A stretch of 64,000 nucleotides of DNA, taken from the NCBI GenBank assembly GCA_964016885.1, contig OZ024745.1, forward strand, positions 59,086,001 through 59,150,000, read 5' to 3'. Both the position numbers and the translations under genes were made by a program. This stretch comes from Eledone cirrhosa. Taxonomy: Eukaryota. Below are positions 11,612 through 25,731 of the stretch, one piece after another. The notes below the pieces were generated by a model. It had not been told where the DNA came from. It did not search any database and was given only the letters and a program-made list of their open reading frames with translations. Numbering within the stretch: position 1 is the stretch's first letter; each line of letters starts with the position of its first letter.

Positions 11612-12321
11612 TTTTTAGTTGAAGACCAATCGTAAATCTGTAAAAGGAATCAGAAATACAGATAAATTAATGCCCATGTTAAAAGGAATCTTATAGACAT
11701 ATACAATCCACACACAAAGACATACATATATGTACATACACATACAATGACATATGTATATTTATATACTCACAAAAAAGTGTATGTAAATACACACTTA
11801 AAGACAAATGTATATGAACATACACACAGCATACATGTATGTACATAAATACACAGACATACATGTACAGACACAAAGGCATACATGTACATACACATGC
11901 ACAGACACAAAGGCATACATGTACATACACACACCCAAAGGCATACATGTACATACACACACACAAACGCATACATGTACATATGCACACACAATTAGGG
12001 TATTTCATATTTAAAGGGAAACATTTTTTTTTTGCGGAATCACCTCATACATACACATTTTGAGAAACAGACACAAGAACTAAGACAGACAGACATACAA
12101 CTTAGTCAAGATGTTGAAAGATAAACCTCAACAATATGTTATGAGAAAGGTAATAAGCATTAATACATCTCATACAATTAACCCTTTCATTACTGATTTA
12201 TAAAAAAAAAATACACTGTATTTGAATTAATTACTAAAGAATTTGGAAATATTTTTCTAAAATAATTAATTATTTCAATAATAAGATTGTATTTGTAAGA
12301 TAACTTAACAAAATATTCATC

Positions 12322-12655
12322 ATCATCATCATCATTTCATTTTACGTCCGCTTTTCCCTGCTTGCAAGGGTGGGACGGGAACCGATTCTGGCTTAATTTC
12401 TACAGCTGGATGCCCTTCCTAACACCAACCTCATTTACAGTGAGTGCTGGGTGCTTTTTTGCCGTGGCGCCTACATGTCCACTTTACAGTGGAATGATAG
12501 GGACACCAGTCCCTATCATCTCATTTCTACAGCTGAGTAAACTGGAGCAAGGTGAAATAAAATGTCTTGCTCAAGGAAACAACACATCACCCGGTCTGAG
12601 AATTGAACTCACAACCTTTCGATTGCAAAGCCAATGCTCTAACCACTAAGCCATT
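12322..12655 (-). mobile_element. tRNA-derived SINE (same family as 53-388)
   Basis: High identity to 53-388; (GAT)n tail. Related, more diverged copies at about 7930-8180, 33905-34180 and 58270-58560. Confidence 0.85.
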
Positions 12656-12719
12656 CTTATATCAAATTATGTTGGGAGATTTTAATTTAAGTAGGAACAC
12701 TTTAAAAGGGCAAACATAG

Positions 12720-12935
12720 ATGGGCCGGGCATGTCCCTTGTCTCAGAGACAACAGGTGGAATATTAGAGAAACAGAGTGGACACCAGGGTAGTGAAGAAG
12801 AATTTGAGGGTGGCCAAAGGCAAGTTGGTGTGACAATCTGACCAGATACCTCAGCTCTACATGGCCCAGTGTGGCAAGAAATAGGAAGCAGTGGAGGTCA
12901 ACTAGGGAAAGGTTCCTCCAACAGGAGTGAGAAGG
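12720..12935 (+). mobile_element. Degenerate RTE LINE 3' fragment
   Basis: Translates WAGHV..RDNRW....EW.P...WPK..W.D.L...W..VARNRKQWR, the RTE ORF C-terminal signature, with stops. Confidence 0.65.
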
Positions 12936-13939
12936 ATTTGGATTTTAAAATCAGTAGGGTTTTTTTCATAGAAGCAGGGGTGGTTTTGAGCAGGTTGGCA
13001 TCAAAAGGGTTAATATATTGTATTTATTTACAATACATGGGTTTTATAGGTTCTGCAAATTAGAAATTCATACAAATTATCAGATCAATAATTGGATCTA
13101 AAAAAAAATATTTTGCTGTTGTTTTCTTTTAATACAAACACCACAACTGTGAAATGGGCGTGGAAGCTATTTCTAACAATCCAACCTGATTGATTGAGCT
13201 AAGTAGAACTGGAGTGCTGAGGGTGGCTGGCTATTAGCTAGGAGCTAGAAAAACATATTAACCCTTTACCATTCACATTACTCTATATATACTATTATAT
13301 TTTCATGGTAAAGGCTTTACCTCACATAATTATCTCACATAATATCGAATCTATAAGATTTTGAAAGTATTTATTTTGAGAACAATACCTTAACATCAGT
13401 ATTGGTGGCCAGTTACAGCCAGTTTCAACAGAAAGAGGTAGAGAATTCTGGCCGGTTTTGGCCGGTTTGAACATTAAAGGGTTAAGACATTGAATATGAA
13501 TATTGAGTTGAGGTGGAAAAATAAAGGTGAAAAAAGAGAGAAGTTGTGTGTGAGAAAGGAAGAGGGAGAAACAGAAAGTGTGTTAAGCTGAGATGGATGG
13601 GTATGTGGATAGATGGATATATAGATAAATAGAGGGCTACAGGCAGAGTATGAGCAAGAGATACTGACAAAATGTCTTACAGAAATAGATAGAAGTTGAG
13701 TATGTATGTGGATGAGAGATAGAGAGGGGAGGAGAGCAGAGAGAGAAAGAGAGAAAGCAAGAGAGAGATACAGGAAATATGTTTGTGTAAGAGAGAAATG
13801 GGAGGGGGGTATAAAGCTAGAATGCGATAGAGATAAATACCGATCTAAAAGAGATATCAGATCAAAACTAGCGATTTTCTCCCTTTACAAACTCTAAAAC
13901 ATACAACCTACCATGGTAAATAACTCATTTACAGCCAGA

Positions 13940-14395
13940 TGTTTGCTTACACAGCAATGAAGCTCCCCATAAATCTGACATATCCATCCATTGTGTGGCT
14001 CTCAATGAGATCATTAAGCATGGTTTGGTTGCCACTGCTGGCTTCTCTTTGCAGCTTGAGCTGGTGGGGTTGAACCAAGGGTAGGTAAAAGGCCAGATAG
14101 TTATCATAATCTTCCCATTCCACTGGTAAACCTCTCATCAGTGATATGACATGTAACAACACATTCTCCATTAACAACATGATGCATTCTGTGACAAACC
14201 CAGGTTTCATTGCCTGCTTTCTGATAGGTTTGTCATTGAACCTGTAACTGTAGAAACCTCTGGTTACCAAACTACTTCCCTACTCACTGCTATCAAAATG
14301 GAGTTGGCCACATGCAAGAGTTAGCCTCACAAGTTGTAATGTTTATTTTAATGCATCTCCTTCTGGAGTAATGCTTTCTCCATTCTGTCAGACAG
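13940..14395 (+). mobile_element. Old degenerate CRE-clade LINE fragment (restriction-like endonuclease end)
   Basis: ALNEIIKHGL..AGFSLQLELVGL..G.KRPD; colinear with 15767-16201. Confidence 0.7.
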
Positions 14396-15766
14396 CTTGT
14401 ATCTGGGCTTTAGAATGCTAGGTAGTGTTCTCCCAAACTGTCTAGGCTTGTATAATTGGAGTGCAATGGTAAAAGTAGCTGATATCTCAGACATCTGTCC
14501 ACTTACACAGACACATAGATTATGAACAATCAACATAAATATATGTTTGTGCTTTTTGTTTGTTTTGTTTTTTTTATTGTTGTTGGTTACAGCATTGCCA
14601 CAGGTCAATTACTGGTTCACAGCATATCTAATGGTAAGAATGACAGAACATCTTTAACTTGCAGTTGCACTGACAGAACATCTTTAACTTGCAGTTGCAC
14701 TAACACAACATGAATCATAATAGAGGTGTATATGAAGGCATATTTGCTATTTTTACATATGATAAACAGTGGTGGTAAGAAACTCTCAGAAGAACTGGAC
14801 AGCAGAAGGTTTTCAAAGAAATCCCACTCAAGCAAGTGTTTCAGCCCTTAACTTACAAAGGACATATGAATGCATAAACGGTATGTTTATGTATGATAAA
14901 CATAGAAAAGTCACACTATGAATATTTAGAACTATGATCATGTCACAACTATCTCAGTAGCCTTGTGAGAATGTTAATCCATCATCAGTGACGTTTACTC
15001 ACCTGGTACTGAGACAAGAATAAGATATAGCTATATGTTTTACATATAAAACATATAGCTATATCTTATTCTTGTCTCTGCTGGAGATGCTCATTTGCAT
15101 AATGCTATTTTATTGCTACTACTAATTAATCCTAGCTAGCCAAGCTCACACTATATGTAAATGAGCATTTTCCAGCAGATGTTTTATATTCAAAATGTAT
15201 ATAAGCTACAGCTTAATACTGCAAATTTTCACAATGTTCTGTCTACTATGAAAGATAACATATTATAAACATCTGAATTAACAAACTCCTTTTTAAATCA
15301 TTACAGGATGAGAAGCGTTGAAACCATAGAATCTGATGTGAGGGAGATTTGGTTACTTTTGCTTGCAAGATGAGCAGCCTCAAGAGCAGTTATCAAGATA
15401 TACTTTAATAAAGAATTCAAACTGAATTAATACGAGATATTTTTACCATCTAAACTAGATTTTTTTTAAAATCTCTCCAAAATAACAAGCTCACAACAGA
15501 TCTTCAACGGAATGTTCTATTTAAGAAAGTAAAAAGAATCCACTGTTAACCTAACTGCAAAATCAACAAAGAAAATATTTCCCCATACAACACATTATAA
15601 ACAAAAAGAAACAAACAAAAAAACAAAAACATTGATTAAATAAAAGTTAAAAAAGATGTTCTTTATTGCAGCTGAACACTAAATCACTAAAATATGAAGA
15701 CTGAACACATAATACTTTACAGCTAGTATATGATATTATATATGATATATTTATGTATAAATATAT

Positions 15767-16201
15767 CAGCTCGAGCTGGTGGGGCTGGATCGACGGGACG
15801 GCAAAAGGCCAGATGGCATGACGACCATCTTCCCGTTCCGCGGTGGCAAACCCCTCGTCTGGGATGCCACCACCGACACTTTCTGCAGCCGCAACCTGGT
15901 GCAGTCTGCGACTGACCCAGGTTCTGCTGCACATCGGGCTGAGGTGCCCAAACTCCTCAAATACCGGTCACTCACTGACAGGTTTGCGGTCGTACCCCTG
16001 GCAGTGGAGACTTCTGGTGTCCTCGGCTCCAGGGCTACCTCCTTACTCACCACCATAGGCGCTGAGCTGGCCAGCTGCAGGTGTGAGCCCTGCGAGTTGG
16101 AGTGGCTTTTCCAGTGCGTCTCCCTTGCCGTCCTCCGAGGAAACGCCTTCTCCATTCTGTCCACCGGGGCTGTGGGTGGGCCCCATCGCGTACCGTTGTA
16201 G
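15767..16201 (+). mobile_element. CRE-clade non-LTR retrotransposon 3' fragment (RLE domain)
   Basis: DGKRPDG...GKPLVWDAT...K..KY..L..RF.VVPLAVETSG.LG...LFQ.VSLAVLRGNA, the PD..D/KxxKY pattern of CRE/R2-group RLE domains. Confidence 0.85.
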
Positions 16202-18363
16202 TTGTTGTATACAGATATTAACTCATCAATCCCATTGTCCTAATCGTATGAAAATAATGATATGGTTGGTGTGATGAAAATATTTCATAGTTTATGTATA
16301 ATAAACACGGAAGTCATGCGATAAATGTTTGAAGATCTGATAGAATAAAAGCTTGAAACATTCAAAGTGAGACTCTCATATGTTTATTAGGCATGAATAT
16401 GTTTTTCACAATAAACAAATTCAGTCTTTTATCTTCTTCATCTTTTCGAGGTCGATAAAAAAAAGTACCAGTCTAGTACTAGGGTTGATTCTTCCTCTTT
16501 TTTTCTTTCTCATTTCCTTTTTTTCTCACTTTCTATATTTCTCTGAAAGAAATCTGCTGTACTCAGGCTTGGATGGGCTCTGCCAGGCTTAAAATGTTCA
16601 AGAAATGCTGTATGTCAATATGGAGTTACGGGACTATACATACAAACATATCTTATACAAACTCATATACACTCCTGTTATGAACCACGCTATGTTAGTA
16701 CTACTGCTAAATAATAGCTGTATTTAGCTTTTGTGAGTGGGGTATCTACATGAATACTGTGTCTTATATAGCTACAAGTACAACACAGCTGCTGTGAAGC
16801 AATACCCCAATACCTTTAGCATACAGCTGTTACAACACAATCATTTCTCATAATACTATAAGACTTCTTTTCTTGAAATATACAAAATACAATATAACCT
16901 TTTGATACTAACTCACCTGAAACTACTCCTGGATTTATGATACAAAACTGTTCCTTATAAAATTACAGACAATTAATCAATTCCCAGTTGTATAAATAAC
17001 ATTATAAATATTGATGGAAATATGAAATAAAAAGAAAACAAAGAGGATAAAAACAAAACCAAGCAGCGGACAGAGGCGGAAGGGTTAAAGGAGGGCAGAT
17101 CTGACTGTATAGGAAAGTAGGAGAAAGGGCCATAAATGCCATAAATGAAAAGGAGGAGAGGGTGATAGGCTCTATGCATGGGGTGGGGTGGTGTTTCGGC
17201 TGTGCCCTGCAGACAAAACTGTAAAGGCATTTCCGCAGACAATGGCTAGTGGTACCCACTGCAGCAGCCACCCACCTCGCAGGGTTCCTTCCTCAGACAG
17301 ACTGCAGACGATCCGATTTTACGGTGGGACTCAGCTATACAGGGTCTGAGGATGCCTAATTATCTTATTGAATTTCTCCAAATTTTGGTTAGTTTCAAAA
17401 TTAATGAAATAGGCAGTGTATTCCATTAGAAACACTGTAGCGAAAGGGTTAATGACATCAGTGAGTTTCATTAGAAATATGGTAATGAAAGGATTGAAAT
17501 GAAGAGTTAAAATCAAATAGTCTAGTGAACTAAGTGAACCAGTAAACCAGAAATCATCCTGGTTCTACGATACAAAACTTCACATTTAAAAATTTCCATA
17601 CGTATTTTTCCAAAACAGTAGACAGAAAACAAATTAATATTTTAATTTGTGTAAAAAAAAAAAAAAAAAAAAAAAAGGATTGTTTCAAATAATAATTGAA
17701 ATATAATATATATACACACCCAGAAACACCAAATTTACCTTCTGGGGAAAAATTTACTTTCTGTGAGCTAAGTAGAATGAAGAGATGAAGACAACAGCTG
17801 TGTAAATGGGTTTCCCTCACCTCTTATACTGACAATAAAAACCTGTTCTTTAGGTAACAGGCAAGCAGTTAGCTTTAAACTTAGTCAATGCTTAATATAT
17901 ATATCATAACACACACTCAAATATATATATATACAGGGTGTCCCCAAAAAGTGTATACACATTTCAACCGCATTCTAATAAAAGTGTGTATACATTTTTG
18001 GGGACACCTTTATATACACACACAAACATATATATATTTACATAATCAACATGAGACAATTGGTGAATATATATAGAAGACCTGACCCCCCACGGGTACA
18101 AGCCGAGGCTGAAGCTTATAGACAATATGCACCCACACCCTCCCACTGCAAAGTGGTCGTGGAGGTGCCACGGCAAAAAAGCACCCAGCACTCACTGTAA
18201 ATGAGATTGGAGTTAGGAAGGGCATCGAGCTGTAGAAATCAAGCCAGAATCAGTTCCCGTATGAGCAAGGCATGGTCAGCCATCCGGCTACTGCCCACAA
18301 CCGGACAACTTGTCTAACCCATGCTAGCGTGGAAGAATGGACGTAAAACGGTGATGATGTTGA

Positions 18364-18410
<47 letters not shown>

Positions 18411-18949
18411 TAATCATCATTGTCATCTTAACATCTGCTTTCCCTGCTAGCAAGGGTTGGACTGGTCCATACAGACCAAATAATTACTGGAGTGGACCCA
18501 CTGATCTCCCAGGAGGGCTAGGGACCTGTGTGATTATGTACGGTCTCATGTTCCATCAAGTGCTTAGGAGAGGTTGTCATATCTTTGACACAACTGAGGG
18601 TCCTCCCAACCCTTTGTTTGATAAGATTTCTATGGTTGGATACCCTTCCTATCACCAACCACCTTACATCATATACTGGGTGCATTTAAATAGGGAGGTT
18701 GTCATGTCCTTAACATGACTGAAGGATTCTCCCAACCCTTTGTTTTCTTGGTAAGCTCTCTATAGCTGGAAACCCTTCCTATCACCAACCATTTCAAGGG
18801 GGTGAGGCAACTGCCAGAAATGTGTGTGTGTGTGGTGATGGTGGGGGTGGTGAAGTAGTGAAGTTGAGAATAACTGTTAAGGAGTGCTAGTGGAAGGGTC
18901 ACACATTGTAAGTTGCAGATCTGGTCTTCATCAGCACTGCATAGCACCA

Positions 18950-19260
18950 GCCCTCAAATTCTTTAGTCATTTCTGTTGTAAGGTTTCGCCTTCTAAGGTC
19001 AATCCTTACAACCACATCCCATGTCTTACTGGGTCTACCTCTTCCATGAGTCCCAGCCACTGGGGCTTCTTAGCATTTCTTTATGCAGCTGCTGTCTTCC
19101 ATAGACATCACATGACCATATCAATGTAGTCTTCTCTCTTGCACACTACAACCAATTCCTCTTATGCCAAGTTATCTCTCAGTTTACTTATGCTATGCCG
19201 CTCATGCACATTAACATTGCACATCAATCAGAGCATACTCAACTCATTTCTTTCTAGTCT
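18950..19260 (-). mobile_element. Degenerate RTE 3' fragment
   Basis: Homologous to 26480-26780 (VQERRL..YGHVM). Confidence 0.65.
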
Positions 19261-19286
19261 CTCTCTCTCTTTATATATAGATAATT

Positions 19287-20272
19287 TTCTTTTTATTTGC
19301 CACCAGGGTATCAAAAAGTGGGACACGTACAATGAGGGAGTTTACATAACAAGGCGTCCTCAATAAGGAGGAGGCAATAACAAAATATAAAAATAAAATA
19401 AAATATAACAAAATAAAATTTATAACAAAATCCTCAATAGAGAGGAGGCGCCTTGGGGGTCGCACACACCCCCGAAAAAAGTGTGCAACCCTTCTCCTCA
19501 GGAGCACAGAGAGAGGGTGCTCCCTTGGTCTTTCATCTTCCTCACCTATAGTCTGATGTAGAGTGAAGGCCCATTCACACGGGCCATTCTCGCCACTTTC
19601 ACCCATCTTTCATAAAAACGGCTGGGGTGCAGCACCTCTCTCTCCATCCTGATCCTTCTTCCGAAATGATATCGAAAGAAACGGACCAGTTGTTGGCCAG
19701 AGAGAAAGGTGTCTGATCTCAGTCCTTTCAGACGCGTCCACCATACAACCTCTTTCGCCATGGCTATTACGTATAGAAACACTGCCTCTCCTTCGTTTTT
19801 GAAGAGGGGAGGCGGCTTGATCGTTACAATAGTCTCGGTGGTCAACCGGATCGGTCCCACCCTTGACAGCAGTTGTTCGACATAGCTCCACAGATCGGCA
19901 ATGCCCGAGCAGTGTACCAATGCATGTGCAACGGTTTCCTCGTCGCACACGCAATCTGGGACAGATCTTTTTCGAGGGGTCCCTACCTGGGTGCCCGTGT
20001 CTGTAGAGCCTTTCTCGAACGGGCAGAGCCCCTCGGTAGCATTGCCAGGCCAGGGACCTCTGGAAGTTATCCATGGGTCCCGGGCTGAATGTCCTACTGA
20101 ACAGGTTGGCCAGTTCGTCTTCCTCCATGCCTAGGGCTTCTCCGAGGGCGTCGTCGCACCTGCTAACCACAAGCCCTATATAGAATGACGAGATGGATTC
20201 TCCACTGACAGCCGGGTCCGCCTGCCAGAGAGCCGTGAGCGCCTGGGCACACTCGGTGTGCCAGGCGCCCAG
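19287..20272 (-). mobile_element. Tx1/L1-clade LINE, 5'-truncated (zf-RVT C-terminus plus 3' UTR)
   Basis: LAW..YRGALPVRERL...CPR(fs)C...ETVAHALVHC zinc motif; 3' end lies in a TA-rich tract. Confidence 0.85.
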
Positions 20273-20319
20273 TCTATCTATCTTTATATCTATCTATCTT
20301 TATATATAGAGATAGATAT

Positions 20320-21281
20320 ATTTCTTTATTAGCCACAGGGGCACAAAAGAAGGGGACAAATACAAAGGGGGAAGTTTACATACAATAAAAACGTGTAAAA
20401 TGTTATCACAGATGGAATTTAAAAGTTAGTCGATTTTCCCCAATAGAGGGAGACAGTTTATATGGGTAACACATACCCCCGAAAAAATGTGCAACCCTCA
20501 TCTCCAGGAGTACGAAGAGCTTGTACTCCTTTCCTCTCCTCCTCTTTTTCCTCAATCTACAGGCTGATATAGAGAGAAGGCCCATTCACTCGGGCCATTC
20601 TCGCCACTTTCACCCACCTTTCATAAAACTTGCTGGGGTACAGCACCTCTCTCTCCATCCTGACTCTTCTTCCAAAGTGGTATTTGAAAAAAAGAATCAG
20701 TTGTTGGCCGGAGAGAAAGGTGTCTGACCTCAGCCCTTTCAACCTTGTCCACCATACAACCTCTTTCGCCATAGCTATCACACAAAGGAAAACCGCCTCT
20801 CCTTCGTTTTTGAAGGAGGGTGGCGGTTTGATCATGACAATGGACTCGGTGGTCAACTGGATTGGTCCCACCCGCGACAATAGTCGTTCTACATATCCCC
20901 ACAGGTCAGTGACGCCCGGGCAGTGTATGAATGCGTGCGCGACGGTTTCTTCGTCTCGCACGCACCTCGGACAGATCTTTTTTGCAGGGTCCCTGCCTGG
21001 GCGCCCATGTCTGTAGAGCTTGTCTCGAACTGGTAGAGCTCCTCGGTAGCACTGCCAGGCCAGGGACTTTTGGAAGTTGTCCATCGGTCCCGGGCGGAAG
21101 GTCCTACCGAACAGACTGGCCAGTTCATCTTCCTCCACGCCTAGAGTTTCACCGAGCGCGTCGTCGCACTTGCTGCGGACCAACCCTCTATAGAATGACG
21201 AAGTGGAGTCTCCACTGATCGCCGGGTCCGCCTGCCAGAGGGCTGTGAGCGCCTGAGCACATTCGATGTGCCAGTCGCCCA
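20320..21281 (-). mobile_element. Tx1/L1-clade LINE, second adjacent 5'-truncated copy
   Basis: ORF 20557-21336 contains LAWQCYRGALPVRDKL...CPRC..DEETVAHAFIHC. A shorter related 3' end is at 31140-31470. Confidence 0.85.
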
Positions 21282-22611
21282 TATATAGATAGATAGATAG
21301 ATAAACAGACATAGATATATAGATACACACACACAAACTTTACCACCTGTGTCCTTTCTTCACTTTCACTATTGTACTCTTGAACCAGTGCAAATTGGTT
21401 AAAACAACATAGTCAATCTTGAACTGCAAAAGTAAAACTGTTGTTACTCCCTTAGCCTTCTACTTACAACAGCTGCCATATTAAAATAAACAACCTTGTA
21501 CACTGGATTGCCTATTGTTATCAGCCAACTGTTATTGGATAGAAAGCTAAGCTTACAAAAAGGTAGCACATGAATGAAGAGAGCATGTCTTACTACATAT
21601 CCTACTCAATCTATAGTGAGTTACATTAAATATGATCACAGGAAAGAGAAGCTGTAGTAAACTAAAATATATAACAATGTATTTACAGTCATTAAAGCTA
21701 TGACTGATTTAATTTTTTGGCAATCCTGTCCAAAGAAAATGATATAGCAAAAACGAGTGTAGAGAGCAGGAATGAATACTGCAAAGCACTCTATCAGACG
21801 TTCTAACAGCCCTGCCAATTTGCCATGTGAAAATAAATACTGTAATGCATTTAGTCTAGCACCACTTGTCTCGACTATCTCTAATACATAAATAAACATA
21901 ATATTTATAGAATGTTACAACTGATTGAAGTTAGAATGTTTAAACAGTAGCACTGTTAAGATTGAAGACCGGTGCAAAGAAGAAATAATAAAAAATATAG
22001 AACAACAAATACTTATTGAGATGTTTTGATGCCAGGTCGCCCTTGAATCCTACTGCCAAAATGTAACCCAGTAAACCTGTCACAAGGTTGAGCAGTTAGT
22101 GATAAACTAGCGACCCCTCTAAGCTTACTTGGTGAGGAGGGTGATTTTTTGACACCCTGCAGGATCAAAAACAAAACCCATCAAAGAGCAGAGGAACTCA
22201 TGAGAGTTAATGGCCATCCAATGGTGTTTAAAAAATGATGAGAAAGTTGGTATATTACTAATTCCTTCCAAATTCTTGATTACTTTCATTTAAAATACTG
22301 GCAGTAAATTAGCCAAGTTGTTAGAATGTCAGATAGAATGCTTTGCAGTATTCATTCCAGCTCTCGGCACTCTGAGTTCAACTTTACTTTTCATCTTTTC
22401 AAGGTCAATAAAAAAGGTACCAGTTATATGCTGAGGTAGATTCTTTTCCTATATACCTTCCGTACTTCCCTTTATCACTCTCTCTCTCTCCTTCTCTGGA
22501 AGAAATCAACAGTGTTCATATCTGGAGAGAGTTCAGCTCTCCATCAGGAGTTACAGATCCATACACATGGTGACAAAAGATTTAAAACATGATGTCCTGC
22601 TTAGTCTAAAT

Positions 22612-22757
22612 TAGGCATGGGCAACATTTTTCGAGCAGTGGGCCACATATAATGTGGTTCATCATAAGGTGGGCTGCACTACTGAAAAATTCAAGGCAAT
22701 TTTGAAATTAGGCCTGCCATTCAGAAAGCCAGACAGGCCACAATTTGCCCATGACTG
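22612..22757. mobile_element. hAT/Charlie-like MITE
   Basis: AGGCATGGGCAAC...TTTGCCCATGACTG ends; homologous copies at about 1673-1824 and 57699-57810. Confidence 0.6.
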
Positions 22758-23434
22758 GCCTAAGTGTTAGGAAGTCCTTCGTTTCTTTAGAAGAATGTTT
22801 ATTACTTACTCTCCAATAAAAAACTAATTTCTTTTCAATCCTCAGATCAATATTGAGCCAATGTTGGATAGTAATCCCTGATAGACTTATGACTGTATAT
22901 ATCGAATGTAAGACAACATACTACATTCGGCACATGTAATTTATTGATATTTGTCCTACAGATACAAATAAAGAATTATAAATATCCATAATTTTGATTT
23001 TAAATCAAGAAGCATTCTATAATCAGATAGAAATCATTGTATTTGACTTTACAGAATCCTAATTATCTGTAATTTCAAGGGAAGTAGGGGTAATTAGGAT
23101 GGGAATTATGTGTTTAGCCTCATTAGCAAAGCCAATTGGTCATTTAACTTACTAGAAATAGCAGCCACATCTCTCAACTCACATTTTGATGGCTTAACCC
23201 ATTTGTTACCATATTTCTAATGAAAAACACTGCTTAGGATTTTCAAATAAGTCCTGCAGAGAAAGCAGACGTATGATGATGATGATGAATAAAACTTACA
23301 AATTTGAAAAACAAGCAAAGGATGAAGTCAAGATGAGAAGGGAATACAACTAAAGAAGAAAAGGGTGCATTATCATCGTTGTTTAATGTCTGTTTTTCCA
23401 TGATGACATGGGTCAGATGACACACACACATACA

Positions 23435-23512
23435 CAGGGTGTCCCCCCAAAATGTATACACAGTTTTATTAGAATGCTGTTGAGGTGTGTATGCATTTTT
23501 TTGGACACCCTG
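23435..23512. mobile_element. About 80-bp palindromic Tc1/mariner-type MITE (representative copy)
   Basis: CAGGGTGTCC...GGACACCCTG|TA. Copies at 17934-18010, 43202-43278, 46175-46248 and 56881-56972, mostly in TA tracts. Confidence 0.8.
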
Positions 23513-25191
23513 TACATATATACATGACTTACTGATGGATGTGAGAAAAAGTACTCAATATCGAAGTAGTTTTTAAATATTCATATAATATGGCTAAGTA
23601 GTGAGCCTTGTTATTCTGGGGTTTCACCTGCTTACTCGCAGCATCTTCCGAGCTTATGGATGTTATTCAACCATCCTCTGGGTCTCCTGCAAATTTGCTA
23701 GTCCCCACAATTCTTTTTTTTGAGACATTCCAATCATGTCAGTAGTATCAGAGCTGTGGAGAAGTGGCAGCTCTACCATGAATGACTCTCTGATCTTCAT
23801 GCTACGCACACTATCGAGTAACACTACCCCAAAGACCCTTGTGTTCTATTGCTCAAATTTTCTTGACACATAGTTATCAGCTTGATGAGACAGAATGAAA
23901 GAGTTAAGTAACTCGCTGAAGAAGGCAAATAACACTTTTGAAATGAGATAAATTCATAAACACACGCAGCAGACCAATACAAGTACATTATCAACTCAGT
24001 GGAGTAGAAAAATTTCAAAATATTTTATAACCTCTTCAGTGCCATAGAAGAGATAACTCGTTCTAACATGTTTGAACTCTTTTCCAACAGTTCATAATTT
24101 CAAAGTTATAAAATCACTTCAAAGCTAGATAGGGTTACTAGTTTATTGATGTGACATTTTTCAATCATTCAGATATGTGTTATTCATAAATGTTTGTTTT
24201 AAAGAATAGTCATTTTACTAAAACAAAAACCGGTACAGCAACTGTAGCTGTGTAAAATATACGCAGCAGTCAACAGATTAAAAAGGAACAAAACTATGTA
24301 CTTCACATTCAAAACTATTTGGTATTCTACACACAAAACTATGTTGTACTTCGCATAATATATGATGTATATTTTGAGACTTATGACAGTTAAGTAGAAG
24401 ACAATAACAACATTAAAAAGCAATTCTAAAATGAAATCAGAACCAAAAAAAGGGATATAAATAAAAAAAAAAAACAAGATAATTTTAAGATTGAAAAGAA
24501 CATAAGTGAACAGGCAAAAGGAAGTGAAAGAGGCAGAAGATACTTGGCCTAGATTTAAATGTAAATAGCACAACTTACTTACAATTGCACCTAGTAAAGA
24601 ACTGTAAAAGAACCCCACTTCAGTGCTTCTACAGAGCCATAAAACACACATATATATACACATACGCACACACACACACATGGTCTAAAAGGATGATTTC
24701 CACGTCATTACAAACTCAGCGCAGCATTTCTAACAAGAAAATATTACAAATAGACTCATGAACAGTGGTGAGGAATAGAGAAATGAGTTTAGACAAACAA
24801 CAACAAACAATAACAAAACGAAATTTAACAGTAAAACATCATATTACACACAGAGACAGATATACACACACACAAACATATATACTCATATATAAACATA
24901 CATACATACACACAAACATACACACATACACACACATACTCCCACAAACATACATACACATAAAAAAGCAGAAAACTTAACAAGAGACAAAATATTCCAA
25001 CATAAGTTTTAAATTCTCTATCTCCCTTTCTTTTATTCTTACTTCCTTACACTTATGATTCATCCAGAGTTTGGTAAACTATAACAATTGTTCTTGTTAC
25101 TGTTGTTGTTGTTGTTTATAAGCATCTCCTATATTATCACACAAGATGAGCTACTGAGGCTTGAGTAAACCCAGCATTATCAGTCATCATG

Positions 25192-25716
25192 TACAGAGTG
25201 AGTGGAAAGAAACTCCCTATTGAAAATTACTTATAACTTTTGGCCTACTGGGACAACATGGGACAACATCATATTTATGCAAGATGGGGCCCCTCCTCAT
25301 TTTCCCTGCCCTGTCCATGCATGGTTTGATGTTTAATATCCAGCATTTTGACTGGGTCGTTGAGGTCCATATGAATGGTCAGCAAGAAGCTCTGAATTAA
25401 TGCCATGCAATGTTTTCCTGTAGAGGTTGGCAAAGGAAGAAGTTTATAGCTCAAAAACCAAATACTATGACTCAATTGGAGGAACACATTCGTCATGTAC
25501 TGACCAACATACCGCCTGAGTTCCTAATGAAGGCAGTTGAGGATACACCCAGATGATTACAAAAACTGGTGGACAACAGTGGTGCCTATATAGAATTTTA
25601 ACACTGTATTTTAACACTTCTATTGTATACAGTTTATAATAAAACTTACTCTATGAAAATCCATCAATAATTAGTAAAGTTATTAACAATTTTAAATAGG
25701 GAGTTTCTCCTTTCAC
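25192..25716 (+). mobile_element. Internally deleted mariner/Tc1-superfamily DNA transposon
   Basis: Imperfect TIRs (cagagtgagtggaaagaaactccctat / atagggagtttctcctttcacacac); degenerate WPARS.(D)L.PC.(F)FL.G...KPNT..QLEEHIR..L.NIP...G.YIEF transposase C-terminus. Confidence 0.65.
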
Positions 25717-25731
25717 ACACTTTCAGACACT

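Noticed and set aside
14641-14700. Exact 30-bp tandem duplication
   Set aside because: Simple local slippage with no further structure.
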